Positions 51,501 through 62,925 of a stretch of 64,000 bases of DNA are shown here, one piece after another (position 1 is the first letter of the stretch; each line of letters begins with the position of its first letter). This DNA comes from Hypanus sabinus (taxonomy: Eukaryota): assembly GCF_030144855.1 (NCBI RefSeq), contig NC_082706.1:15004001-15068000 (forward strand), given 5' to 3'. Made by a program: the position numbers and the translations under genes. Below the pieces are notes generated by a model. It made no database searches, was not told the DNA's origin, and worked only from the letters and a program-made list of their open reading frames with translations.

Positions 51501-53527
51501 TTTGACATTCATAAATATTATTAGAGAACATCTACATTAACTCTTTTGCTGCTGTGCCGCAGAGAATAAGGAGCAGATGCAAAATGCAGGACTGAAAAAC
51601 CAAAATACTCAACCATTAACCACAACCACCAATTACTCTTGCCTATGCTGCATCAGAATATATGGATCCCATATCAGCCTCCACAGCCACCTGAGGACCC
51701 ACCAATAGACAATCCTTAGGAGAACAGCATACTCAACTCGAGTGATTATACTTGCTTCCTTAAGCCCATCACTCCTACTGGGACATAGGCTGCTGACGGC
51801 ATCAATGGAGAGGAATAGAGAGCCAGAGTCCTCACTCCTGGACTGATAGAAAGTTGCTTGGCCCTGTGGTTTCTACTTTTACCACACGACTTCATAAGTC
51901 TTCCAGCTGAAGATCCTTCCTCCCCCAGGATTGAGGTCTGTTGGTGTTTCTGTCGCTCTGGGTTTTTATGGGATGGGTTGCTAGCCTCATGTCCAACCCT
52001 CCTCCTTATATATATCACAGTCCTGATGAAGGGTCTCAGCCCAAAATGTCGACTATCTATTCCTCTTCGTAGATGCTGCCTGACCTGCTGAATTCCTTCA
52101 ACATTAATTGACAATATTCACACCCAACACTGATGTGCATCTGTCTGCAGTAGGTAGCAGTTTCAAAATATACTACAGCAACTCTGCAGGGCTACCTGAA
52201 ACAGCATCTTCTAAATCTCCAGGTACTTGGGACAAGGCAGCAGATGTATGGGGACATGGCCACTTGTTTCACTCCAAAACAACTCCCATTGCTCAGAGTT
52301 GGAAACTTATCATTTGTTTCAAGAGCTGAATCCATTAACTCTCCTTCAATGACTTTCCGGGAATACCTTAAACAGAAAGCATGCGACTGTTCAAAAAAGT
52401 GGTTCACTACTGGTGGACGCAGCCCAGTCCATCACAAGCAATATCCTTCCCACCACTGGGCACATCTACAGGGAGCGCTGCCACAAAAAAGCAGCATTTA
52501 TCATCAAATACCTCCATCATCTAGATCATGCTGCCGTCCGGTAGGAGGTACAGGAGCCTTCGGTCCTACACCACCAGGTTCGAGAATAATTATTGCCGTA
52601 CAACCATCAGGCTCCTGAACCTGTGTTGATAACTTCATTCACCTCAACACTTAACTGATTCCACAGCCCATGGGCTCATTTTCATGGACTCTCCCACTCA
52701 TATTCTCAGTATTATTTGTTTACTTTAGTTTTTTATTTTTGCAGTTTGTCTTTTGTACAGTAATTGTCGGTCTTTATGTGTAGTTATTCATTGATCTTAC
52801 TGTTTTTCTCTGTTTTTACTGTGAATGCCTGTGAGAAAATGAATCTCATGATAAAATATGGTAACAAATACGTACTTTGATAACAAATTTACTTTGAAAT
52901 TTGAATTCTTAAGGAAAATGGAGTGGGTAATAATTTTTGGCATCGCCATCCACATCATTTAGAAGCAATTGCTGATGAACAGTGCAGGCTACAGTTAAGT
53001 GTGATGTTAAGAGTTTAAGCTCCACTTTGGTTCACAAACCTAATTACTTCACCCAACTATACTTGCCTCATCATTTAAATGTTCCCACAATCTATGGTCT
53101 CCCTTTCATGGACTCTTCGTCACATGTTCTTGGTATTTATTGCCTATTTATTATTATTATTCCTTTCTTTTTCTATTTGCACAGTTTCTTGTGTTAGGCA
53201 CGCTGGTTGCTGTGATTTTTCATTGATACTATTATAGTTAATAGTTAATTATGGATTTATTGAGTATACCTGTGCCCTCTATAGTAGCTTCAAAGTTCAA
53301 AGTAACGGAATCTCAGGATTGTATATGGTGGCATATATGTACTTTGGTAATGAATTTACTTTGAAATGTGAAACTACTATAGAGTGCACGGAGAGAAGAT
53401 GTATTGGTGGATTTATTAAACTGAATGTTTTTCTTCACAGGCTTACAAAAAACAGAATCCACTAAGGAACTTTACATTGACAAGGAGGAAAAAGAGGAAA
53501 ACTAAAGAGGAGCCTGCAGAACCTTGA
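27446..53527 (+). CDS. DDX56: ATP-dependent RNA helicase DDX56 (Dbp9 orthologue); 14 coding exons, 1671 nt, 556 aa
   Basis: Motifs [46 protein letters not shown]; DDX56-specific [17 protein letters not shown] and [15 protein letters not shown]; all introns GT-AG and phases consistent. Confidence 0.96.
28153..28314 (+). CDS. DDX56: DDX56 exon 2
   Basis: [44 protein letters not shown]... Confidence 0.95.
29027..29330 (+). mobile_element. tRNA-derived SINE (V-SINE-like); related copies at about 26930-27205 (-), 55690-55890 (+) and 59640-59860 (-)
   Basis: A-box-like TGTAGCGTAGCAG, B-box GGTTCAATTCC, V-domain-like gctccagtttcctcc. Confidence 0.7.
29484..29995 (-). mobile_element. Penelope-like 3' fragment with hammerhead-like motif
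   Basis: Minus strand CAGTC CTGAAGA A GGG TATCAG CCT GAAA TG TC AACTG (29572-29609). Confidence 0.75.
30080..30234 (+). CDS. DDX56: DDX56 exon 3
   Basis: [21 protein letters not shown]...SAQR. Confidence 0.93.
30321..30491 (+). CDS. DDX56: DDX56 exon 4 (DEAD motif)
   Basis: [16 protein letters not shown]...[14 protein letters not shown]. Confidence 0.95.
32420..33070 (+). mobile_element. Rex1/Babar-like LINE fragment
   Basis: [17 protein letters not shown]...VEWCEHN. Confidence 0.75.
34495..35345 (+). mobile_element. CR1 LINE RT fragment
   Basis: [19 protein letters not shown] and [17 protein letters not shown] remnants. Confidence 0.85.
36158..36248 (+). CDS. DDX56: DDX56 exon 5
   Basis: [30 protein letters not shown]. 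Confidence 0.95.
36573..37509 (-). mobile_element. Tigger/pogo-family internally deleted DNA transposon
   Basis: TIRs CAAGCAGTCCCCAGGTTA / TAACTCGGGGACTACCTG with TA flanks; minus-strand HTH remnant [40 protein letters not shown]. Confidence 0.85.
37960..38201 (+). CDS. DDX56: DDX56 exon 6
   Basis: [12 protein letters not shown]...[23 protein letters not shown]...[10 protein letters not shown]. Confidence 0.95.
40254..40382 (+). CDS. DDX56: DDX56 exon 7
   Basis: [20 protein letters not shown]... Confidence 0.94.
41916..42410 (+). mobile_element. Tc1-family internally deleted transposon
   Basis: TIR CACTGAGTGACCACTTTATTAGGTA; transposase HTH remnant [11 protein letters not shown]...[23 protein letters not shown]. 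Confidence 0.85.
42612..42725 (+). CDS. DDX56: DDX56 exon 8
   Basis: [24 protein letters not shown]...YIHRVGR. Confidence 0.95.
42752..43235 (-). mobile_element. CR1 3' fragment, followed by a short inverted piece to about 43350
   Basis: Reverse complement of the CR1 3' end seen at 5280-5745. Confidence 0.8.
43646..43795. repeat. Inverted pair of Penelope-derived terminal repeats
   Basis: acacacacaaaatgctggtggaactcagcaggccaggc versus gcctggcctgctgtgttccaccagcattttgtgcgtgt. Confidence 0.85.
43825..44385 (+). mobile_element. Penelope-like element: GIY-YIG remnant plus terminal repeat with hammerhead motif
   Basis: [20 protein letters not shown]...VAKHFNS...MSVHG...DEATIRVE; GTC CTGATGA A GAG TCTCGG CCC GAAA CT TC GAC at about 44290-44323. 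Confidence 0.85.
45501..45595 (+). CDS. DDX56: DDX56 exon 9
   Basis: [31 protein letters not shown]. Confidence 0.93.
47076..47149 (+). CDS. DDX56: DDX56 exon 10
   Basis: [25 protein letters not shown]. Confidence 0.92.
47784..47873 (+). CDS. DDX56: DDX56 exon 11
   Basis: [30 protein letters not shown]. Confidence 0.95.
47908..48280. repeat. 41-bp minisatellite in DDX56 intron 11
   Basis: Unit GTGTTAGTGAACCAGTAATTATGGGACCCCATCCTCTGTTA, roughly 8-9 copies, central ones identical. Confidence 0.93.
48402..48507 (+). CDS. DDX56: DDX56 exon 12
   Basis: [35 protein letters not shown]. Confidence 0.95.
48761..49315 (+). mobile_element. Tc1-family internally deleted transposon (second copy)
   Basis: Homologous to 41916-42410; right TIR tacctaataaagaggtcactgaatg followed by TA. 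Confidence 0.85.
50917..51014 (+). CDS. DDX56: DDX56 exon 13
   Basis: (I)[32 protein letters not shown]|gtgaga. Confidence 0.85.
53441..53527 (+). CDS. DDX56: DDX56 exon 14 (last coding exon)
   Basis: [28 protein letters not shown]; NPLR-F motif. Confidence 0.88.
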   Translation, partial: AYKKQNPLRNFTLTRRKKRKTKEEPAEP

Positions 53528-54244
53528 AAGAGAGGATTTGACTGTATGCAAATCAGACAGTTTTATGTTTGTGCCTTACCATCAGTACCAGGTCCTTGCC
53601 TGCCTCTTGGAGTCTGAAAGTATTGAGCTGCATTTCTGTGCTTGACGTCAGGACAATGGCACTATCTGAAACATTTCTCCATTTATACAGGAAAGGATAC
53701 TTCAAAGATGTATTGAATTCTTATGTTGTTTAGCCTTAATTTACACCTTTAAGAAATACTTTCTATTGATGCAGCAGTGTTGTGCATTATTCATTTAATT
53801 CCCTATATGCAGCATGTCCAAACTCGATCTTGCTGGTTTAGTTATTAAGCTGCAAACCAAAGGCTTGGAAACCTGGAAGCCTACAGGAGATGAGAAAGTC
53901 CAATCTCATTCAGGCCACAAGCTACTCATTAAACTAAAGCCTCCCCATCACACTGGTCTCCACTATTTGTTACCATCATAGAATCAATTTCTCTCTCTTA
54001 TTTCTCATGCATACTCTCTGATGTGCATATGCAGTCTCGCACTCATGTGCACACACTTACATTTTTATATCAAAATAACTTCAAAAGGTTCCAATATTCT
54101 ATCTGAAACATACACATAGAACTTTTAATATAAGTAGCTCATCGTGCTAAAGTCACAATGTCCATGCAACCTCAGTTCTGGAAAAAAAAACAGGATTTTG
54201 ATCTACGAACTTGCCATTCCAAGATAACAGATCAATTTCACCAG

Positions 54245-54250
54245 AATAAA
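54245..54250 (+). terminator. Candidate DDX56 poly(A) signal
   Basis: First AATAAA after the stop; alternatives are ATTAAA near 53928 and AATAAA at 54798. Confidence 0.4.
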
Positions 54251-54781
54251 ATATTGGTATTGTAATGGTGCAGAATGGCTGTCAACGTTATTCAATCCCT
54301 CAAGCATGTTATAAAGGGATGGGAGAATTTCAAGGGGAAGAATGCCCTTTTCCTGTTCCTATGTAATAATCTTAAGAAGGCAAAGCTCTATTTATTCATG
54401 TGGAACAGGCTGTATGCATTGAATGCTCATCCTCGGAGGTAAATGACACTGGAACTCAACAGATGGGAGGCTAAGCAGGGTCTGACGATTCAGTCATACC
54501 ACCTGTTGCTTCTGACTTTCCCAGCAGCCATCATAGACTGTGTGGAACTTGGAGGACCTTTATTCATCCGCATTATTCTGCTGCTCAAGATTCATGTTAA
54601 GAATTTTATCAATCTCATATGCCTGTTCATGTTCCATTCTTTATTCCCCCTTCTGAAATCATTCCCTTTTTAACCAGGGGTGTAGTGAAAGCCTCTATAC
54701 ACAGGGAACAACTGGCTGACTTCAACTTTGTAAAATTCTAGATGCAAACACCTGCATTTCAGATGTAATATATGGCAGCTT

Positions 54782-56173
54782 CTATTGTCCAGTGGACAAT
54801 AAAGAGTTAAATTTGAGGTCTTTCAGGATGTGATTCTAAAATCAGAAGACTGTGAGCACAAAAGTCACCATTGACGGGAATTAAAATGATTAAGTAGCTG
54901 AGATGCGGAGTGCATTTTGGAATTTTGTGTTCTGTATGAATATATTCTCTTCCTTTACCTTTTTAATCTACTGTTTAAAATTGGTGTTAAGTTCCTGGGT
55001 AAGTTATTAACTCTAATAGGGTCTTCAAAGCAAATAACTTCAGAATTAAAAGGAATAGTGCTTGGAGGAAAATCACAGTCACAGGTTTATTCTCAAAAAT
55101 TAGGAAAGAGTTGCATGTATGTGGGGTTTCTTCCACATTTCAAATGTTCTGTTAACAGAATTGTGAGGAAATTTGTCCCCTTTGCACGTTGTTCTCTCAG
55201 GTTTGAAACAAACGAATTTACCTTTCCTACTTTAATCAAAACAATTCCTCTGTCCACTTTTTCCTTTTGAGGGGCAGGGGTAGTGAGATGGTTGAGATTT
55301 CCAAAATTGGTATTGTCAGCATCCAGCTTCAGTGGGATCTGGTAGAAGTCTGAAACTAAGTCAGCGGACCAGCTGCAATAAAGAAACATCTTTGTGATCC
55401 AACTCACCAAGCAAATGAAATGGTTTATAGCTTACAAAGATGGGACTGATGCCTCCCCAATAAATGTTCTTATTGTCTGTCCTGCTACAGTACACAGTTA
55501 TTCTGCAAAGGCAGGGTCCTTCTGCCAAACCATCCATGCTGATCAAGATGCCCACCTAAGCTAGTCTCATTAACCTGCATTTGACCCACATCCCTTTAAA
55601 GCTTTTCTATCCATGTACCTGCCCAAGTGCCTTTTAAATGTTGATGTGCCTGCCTTGAATCACTTTCCCTGACAGCTCATTCTGTATAGGCATGGAATGG
55701 TAGCGTAGCAGTTAGTGTAATGGTTTACAGCGACCCTGGTTCAATTCCTGCTGCTGTCTGTAAGTTTGTATGTTCTTCCGGTGACAGGGTGGGTTTCCTC
55801 CCATATTCCAAAAATGTAGGGTTAGTAGATAAGTCATATGGGTGTAATTGGGCATTATGTGCTTGTTACCATGTGTGTCTTTAAATAAATTTTTAAAAAA
55901 TGGACCACCTTCTGGTTGAAATAGTGTCCCTGTTAAAACTCTCCCACTCACCTTAAATATATGCCCTCTAGTTCTTGTTACACTAATCCTGGGAAAAGAC
56001 TGTGCATACTTCTTACAAAAAGGTGGAAGGGAAGATGAGCTATTGGTCCTTCTTGTAGCATCTTTACCTATAAGTGTGGTGTGAAATGCTTGTATTTCAT
56101 AAGATCTGTAGAAAGACCCTACTTTGTATCTTTCCCATGAAAATGATTGATCTTTGTCAGTGTGGGGCATCAT
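54782..56173 (-). CDS. Putative unidentified spliced small protein, about 122 aa (coding segments 56173-56010, 55372-55222, 54835-54782)
   Basis: Non-repetitive open frames with GT-AG sites and matching phases, downstream of the 57.4 kb promoter; no homologue recognised. Confidence 0.3.
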
Positions 56174-56781
56174 TTTTTTTTCCTGTGCATATTTATTATT
56201 ATTGTTGGTGAGAAATTTTGAGGCTGAGGGAAGAGTCTTAGAACCAGTCCTGTCAGAGGTGTTAGATCAGTAGAAATATGAAACTCTTCAACAAATGACA
56301 ATTGATAAGGGGCAAATTTCAAAATTTAAAATGTAGGATTGATGTATTTCTGTTAACTAGTGGTATTGATCAAAGCTAGGTACAGTTCGATCATACCTTA
56401 ATGTTTGGTAAAGAAGGAAGAGATTCCACGGGGACTTGGAGCAACAAACAATCTGCTGGTGGAACTCAGCATTTGTGGGGAGGTAAATGACACCGAGGGA
56501 TTCAAATGGTAGGGCGGTTGAGGACCCTGGATGGTGGTGAAGGAGGGGTAGGTGTAGCAGTTCCTATGGTTACATGGGTAGAGTAGCTGGTGAAGGGGAA
56601 AGGTGGGTGGGGGTAGAATGAAGGAATCATTAGGCAAGTGATTGCTGTGAGTGACTGCTTATCTCCCTTCACAAATGCTACCTGAGCCACTAAGTACCAA
56701 ATATAGATCCAATTATGAATTACCTTTGCCAATTGTATTTTTGTAACTACTGTGAATACCAGGAAGAAAAATATTGGGGTA

Positions 56782-56817
<36 letters not shown>

Positions 56818-57229
56818 TCTGATAATAAATACATTTATTTTGAGCTTTGAGGAACTGTTGATGTTTCTGGCCATAAATTTTGCATCGGTTCTGAGAGTGG
56901 AGGGGGAAAAGGAACAGTATAAAAAGGGAAGCAATGAGTCCAGGTAAGATGCGCCGAGGAGGGGTGAAGGATTACGGCAGATAGAAGCAGGTATGGGAGA
57001 CGGAGGGCTGGCTGCAGTTTTCATCTCTGCTCTTTATACTGTATTGGTCCTCTGCCATCTCCAATCTCCGTACTGATGCAGCCAGTCGATATACTCTACA
57101 CATCTGTAGAAGTTTGTTCAAGTTTTATGTCATACCGAATCTCCGCAGACTCCTAAGGATGCTGTTTCCAACACTTCCTGTTGCAGGATTTAATGTAATG
57201 GGATTGTTCTGCTGGGTCGGGTTGAACGG

Positions 57230-57560
57230 CTTCTTCCTCTGTTGGGCACCTCTCACCCGGAGCTGACCGGCTCTGCAGGACAGATGACGGCAGCGGTGCG
57301 CCTGCGTACTGAGTCTACGCTTGCGCACCGGCTCTGCAGGACAGATGACGGCAGCGGTGCGCCTGCGTACCGGGTCTGGAGACGGGCGGCTACGCTGGCG
57401 CACCGCCGCTTTCAAACTCAATCACGTGCCCCGACTACCAACCGTCGTATCCCACGCCTCTGCTCCGATTGGACGGGACTACCCCACATGATCTTCACGC
57501 CCCGTGGTGATTGGATGGTTGTCCCAGCCGCGGGCTCTTGCCTAAATTTAAAAAATACCA
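57230..57560. promoter_or_regulatory. CpG-island promoter, probably bidirectional
   Basis: CCAAT boxes near 57468 and 57510; CHR TTTGAA (minus, 57411-57416); E-box 57423-57428; NRF1-like TGCGCCTGCG twice; splice donors on both sides. Confidence 0.75.
57266..57370. repeat. Exact 44-bp direct repeat (57266-57309 and 57327-57370)
   Basis: ACCGGCTCTGCAGGACAGATGACGGCAGCGGTGCGCCTGCGTAC twice. Confidence 0.95.
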
Positions 57561-57647
57561 TAGCGTTACAGTAATCAGTAGCTTTCCGGGGTGTCTTGTT
57601 ACTTCTTTAAATTATTATTTTGCATCGAGGAAGCCATGCGGTGAAGG

Positions 57648-57676
57648 ATGGATGACAGACCGGTGGGTGTTAATAG
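57648..57676 (+). CDS. Putative first coding exon of an unidentified gene
   Basis: AGGATGG Kozak context, MDDRPVGVN, strong donor AG|gtaagc. Confidence 0.4.
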
Positions 57677-58249
57677 GTAAGCGACGGCAAATGGTTGCCT
57701 TGACCCCAGGATAAACTTGGACTTCTGTTCTGAGGGCTGCTCGATTTGACTGAGTTACTATAGAAAATATGGAGCGCCTAAAAATTCACTCAACATATAT
57801 AGAGGTACACGATTAGGAAAGGTTCAGGGACATCCGGTTCTTGAACCAGCGTGGATAATTCCACGTTCCTCAACATTGAACTGATTCCACCACCTAAAGG
57901 ACTCTACGACTCTATTATTCGTTTATTGTTATTAGTTTTCTTTTGCACATTGGTTGTTTGTCAGTCATTGTTTTTAGTTCTTACTTTGCTTTATGCTTAG
58001 TGGGCATTCGTAAGTGGTATCTTTATTTTCTTGTAAATGCCTGCAAGGAAAAAAAATCCATATTTCAAGGTGGTATGGTGACATTTAGGTACTGTCCTTT
58101 GATAATAGATTTACTTTAAACCTGCACACCATAATCATTACACTTTGATGCTTGTCACTCAAATTTTGTTGTTACTTTCGTGTTCTACTAATGTAAAATG
58201 GTGCATAATTTGTGTTCATTTTAAGTTTTTCATTGCATCTGTCTTTCAG

Positions 58250-59150
58250 AATCAGAATAGGGTTTATTATTACTGGCATGTGCCTGAATTTCTTTTAATT
58301 ATGCAACGCCAGTTCAATGCAATGCATAATAGAGAAGAAGAAAAAAAGTAATAATTAAAGTATACGTATATCGAATAAATTAAAAATCGTACAAAACCCG
58401 AAATAATATATATTTTAAAAGTGAGGTAGTGTTAACGGGTTCAATGTCCATTTAGAAATCGGATGGCAGAGGGAAAGAAGCTGTTCCTGAATCGCTGAAT
58501 GTGTGACTTCAGGCTTCTGTATCACTTATCTGATGGTGAGTGAGAAACGGAGATGCCCTGGGGGTGGGGGGGGGGGGGTGGTGTGGGTCCTTAATAATGG
58601 ACCCTGCCTTTCTGAGACACCGCTCCTTGAAGATGTCCTGGGTACAGTATTTTGTAGGCTAGTATCCAAGATGGAGCTGACTGAATTTATGACCCTCTGC
58701 ATCTTCTTTTGGTCCTGTGCAGTAGCCCCGTCCCGCCCCAATACCAAACAGTGATGCAGCCTGTCAGAATGCTCTCCACGGCAAGTCTAGAAGCTTTTGA
58801 GTGTTTTTGTTGAAGTACCAATTTTCTTCAAACTCCTAATGAAGTATAGTCGCGGTCTTGCCTTCTTCATAGCTACATCATATGTTACGACCAGGTTAGG
58901 TCCTCAGAGACCTTGACGCCCAGGAACTTAAAACTGCTCACTCTCTCCATTTATTATCCCTCTGAGTGTTGGTATTTGTTCCTTGGTCTTACCCTTCCTG
59001 AAGGCCGCCATCAGCTCTTTCAGAGTGCAAGGGTGTTGGTGCGAAACCACTCCAATAGTTGGCATATCTCCTTCTGTACACCCCTGCGTCTCCGTCTGAG
59101 ATTCTACCAATAATGGTTGTATCATCTGCAAATTTATAGATGGCATTTGA
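58250..59150 (-). mobile_element. Rex1/Babar-like LINE 3' fragment
   Basis: ATAQDQKKMQRVINSVSSILDTSL; tail tcagaatcagaat. Confidence 0.8.
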
Positions 59151-59183
59151 CAATGAACTCGACTTTTGACTTTGGCTTTAGAA

Positions 59184-59256
59184 CAGGGTTTCCCAGCCTG
59201 CGATTCATGCACCCCTCTATAAGGCTCTATGGCGTAAAAAAGGTTGGGAACTGCTC
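59184..59256. mobile_element. Tiny hAT-type MITE
   Basis: CAGGGTTTCCCAGCCT...AAAAAAGGTTGGGAAC; same family as 9987-10038. Confidence 0.6.
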
Positions 59257-59889
59257 CTTCAGAGGGACATGAGCCACATGTGTGAGGGCAAGGTTGTACT
59301 GCTGAGGGTTTATAAGGTATTGGTCAGCCTGACTTTAGAATATAGTCAGCAATTTTGGGACCGTATGTCAGGAAAGATGTCCGGACCATAGGGTCCAGAG
59401 CAGGTTCACAAGACTAATCCCACAAGCCAGAAGTTTAACATATGAGGATTGTATGCTGATTCTGAGCCTGTTCTTGAAAGAGTTTAGAAGCATAATGGGA
59501 GATGTAAAAATAGCTTTTGTAAAGGCAGCGTTCTTAACTGTTAGCTCAATTGCAGGCTGGTGCAAAGTTCAAAGTACATTTATTGTGGAGGTATATTTGT
59601 CACCTTATTGATTTATTATAAATAACCTTACGTCACCTAGCAATCCCCCTCTTCAACCCTAGCCTATCATGGGTCAATTTACAATGATCAATTAACCTAC
59701 CATCTGGTTCATCTTTCGACTTTGGGTGGAAACCAGAGAACCCAGAGGAAACCCATGCATCACTGGGAGAACGTACAAACTCCTTATACACAGTGGTGGG
59801 AATTGAACCTGTGTCGCTGGTACTGTAAAGCATTGTGCTAACCACTACAATACTGTGCTGCCTCATATACTTACCCTGAAATTCATTTT

Positions 59890-60510
59890 CAAGTCAAGTC
59901 ACTTTTTATTGTCATTTCGACCATAACTGCTGGTACAGTACACAGTAAAAACGAGACAACGTTTTTCAGGACCATGGTGCTACATGAACAATACAAAAAC
60001 TACACTGAACTACAGACCTACCCAGGACTGCGTAAAGTACGCAGAACAGTGCAGGCATTATAATAAATGAGAAACAAGACAATAGGCACAGCAGAGGGCA
60101 GTAGGTTGGTAGTTTGATGGCTTGGGAGAAAATCTGTTACATAAATAAACAGCTGAATGGCGGTGTCCGGGATTCCATCCGTTTCTGTACTCCCGCTGAG
60201 TATTTTGTTGCCACAGATGTAGTCCAATTTAATGTCCATTGGAGAGCAGAATGGACAGGAGAGCCGGCTAGCTAGGGCTTGCTTTTTTTTCCTGGCACGG
60301 ACTCCTGCCCGCTCGCCTCACTTGGGCTTGCTCGCACGCCGCTTACGACGTCCCCACCTCCAGCCATCAGCAGCAGGCAACTCCGAGGACTGCAGGCCCG
60401 ATTCCCTCAGCAAGCAGACATCGGAGAGCTTTTTTATGTGGGCATTCACAGTAAATACAAAGAAACAGTAAGTGCGAAGAAAGCTAGCCACAGAACACAT
60501 CCTACACGGT
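59890..60510 (-). mobile_element. Internally deleted Rex1/Babar-like LINE (5' region joined to 3' tail)
   Basis: RRKRRASKPK*GERAGVRAR...DIKLDYI N-terminal motif joined to the same tail as 20990-21258. Confidence 0.65.
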
Positions 60511-61449
60511 CAAGAAAGGTCAGCAATGCCTTTTGCTTTCTGAGAAGGCTGGACTTGGCACATCTATACTTATGTAAATAACAAGCCACATCACTGCATA
60601 GTGTGAAAACTGCACTATGGCGTATAGGTTGCAATGGATATTCGAAACTGCCCGATGCATCGCTGGCACCAGCTTACCCACCATGTATATGGCCAGTAAC
60701 AGCATGAAAGATCCCACACCCCACAATATGTATTAATATTTATCGTGTGTTTATTATTGATTATTGAGTTCTTTGTGTTCATTTTTTTGTGCTGCAGTGG
60801 ATCCGCAGTAACAATTATTTTGTTCTCCATACTCTTGCGTATAGGAAATGACATTAATCTCGAGTCTTGAAACACAAATAAATCAATGAAAAACTACATA
60901 AAAAGAGGGAGAAACAACCAAAGTGCGAAAGACAACAAACTGCAAATACAGAAAGAATAAATAAATAAGCAAAAAATTGAGAACATAAGATGATGAGTCC
61001 TTGATATCATGTCTATAGGTTGTGGGAACAGATTGTGGTTGGGGTGAGTGAAGTTATCACCTCTGGTTAAAAAGCTTGATGGTTGAGTTGCCTAAAAGAA
61101 GGACCTGTGTTCTACTCGAAGTGGTATGTTGTTGAAAGTGGGAAGGAAGTCAGATTTGGTTTAAAGAACTGAAACTGAATTAAAACATGGAAATATTGGG
61201 ACTGAGAATTTGATTTAAGTAAGTGAAAGCCATTTTTAGGAATGACAGGATGAAAGGTTGACATATTAAGTCTATGAAAACTAAGAAATGCTTGCACTCC
61301 AATCAACTAAATCAGGCAGTTTATAAAGATGGGGTACTGAGCTGGTGCCACTATGCTGGCTGGGTTGAGTGTCGAGCTAGCAACTTGACCTTGTTTTTAA
61401 AAAAAAAACACAAACAAACAAACAAACCTGGTGAGGGATGGGCTCTGCC

Positions 61450-62925
61450 AGGTTTCAGATGCCTAAGACATGCCGTACGATGACGATGCCCAATGACTCC
61501 ACCAGGAGTTAAGGGCACACGCACACACACACCCCACCTACCTTTAGGAAATGCTGGAACTATTACCAGCTGAACTAAGAGAAAGCTGAGCTTCCTACAG
61601 TTATTTTTTGCAAGAACAAGTTAATGCTTCAGAGCAGGATCTTAAAGAAGCCTACCAGTTATTAAATACATTGAAAGAGAGGGAACAACACAAGGAATAC
61701 TCCAAATGAATTACTAAGGGAACTGTCTGAGAACCCATCGAGGAATCAACTGGATGAACTGCCTCAATGACTTGTTACTCAGTTGTACTCGCATCTACTG
61801 TGATGAAGCGCTTTGAAAGTTTGGTCATGGCAGAATCAATTCCCACTAAGCAAGGTGCTGGGCCCACTGTAATTTGCCTATCACTGCAATAGACCTACAG
61901 GAGATGCAGTCATACCTCAGTACTAATCAACAAACTCAAATACTTGGGCCTCTGTTTCTCCCCCTACAACTGGAAACTTGACTTTCTCATTGGGAGACAA
62001 CATTCAGTGAAGATTGAAGCTAACATCTCATTGACCTCAAGGATGCGTGCTTAACTCACTGTTTACTCTGTCTACACTCACTAGGCACAACTCGAACACC
62101 ATCTATGAATTTGCCAATGATACAACTATTGTTAGCAGAGTTTCAGATGGTGACGAGGTAGCGTTCAAGCGTGAGATAGATCTGCTGATTGGTGTTGCAA
62201 CAACAATCTTGCAGTCAACATCACTTAAGACTAAGGATAGATTGTAGATTTAAGGAAGTGGAAGTCGAGAGAGCAGACAACGGTCCTCATCAATGGTTTA
62301 GAAGTGGAAAAGGTGAGAAGTTTTATATTCTTGGGTGTCAACATCTCTGAAGATCTATCCTGGACCAAGATATTGATGTATTTACAAAGAAGGCATGACA
62401 GCAACTGTATTTCATTAGGAGTTTGAGAAAACAGTCTGTCACCAAAGACACTTGCAAATTTCTACAGATGTATCCTGGAAGGCATTCTAACTAGTTACAT
62501 CACACTCTGGCATGGCGAGTCCACTGCACAGGATCAAAATAAGCTGCAGCAAGTTATAAATTCAACCAGCTCCACCATTGGCACTAGTCTCCCCAGCATT
62601 CAGGGTATCTTCAAAAGGCGTTGCCTTAAGCATCATTAAGGACCCCCCATCACCCAGGACATGCCCTCTTCTCATTTCTACCTTCAAGGAGGAGATACAG
62701 AAGATATACTCAACATCTTTGGAAGCACTTCTTCCCTTCTGTCATCAGAGTTCTGAATGGCAATGAACCTATGTATAATTTTTTTTGCTCTCTTACACTT
62801 CTTACTTAATGTATATACGTATATTTATTATTGCAGTTTATTGTTTATCATTATTGCAACATACTGCTGCTGGAAAAGAATGAATTTCATGCCATATGCC
62901 AGTGATATTAAGCTGATTCTGATTC
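61450..62925 (+). mobile_element. Rex1/Babar-like LINE RT fragment
   Basis: NTIYEFANDTTIVSRVSDGDE; SIIKDPP; tail gatattaagctgattctgattc. Confidence 0.8.

Noticed and set aside
27503-53440. Intronic snoRNAs in DDX56
   Set aside because: Scattered TGATGA and CTGA words but no convincing C/D pair with a terminal stem, and no H/ACA fold seen by eye; an Infernal or snoscan run would be needed to exclude them
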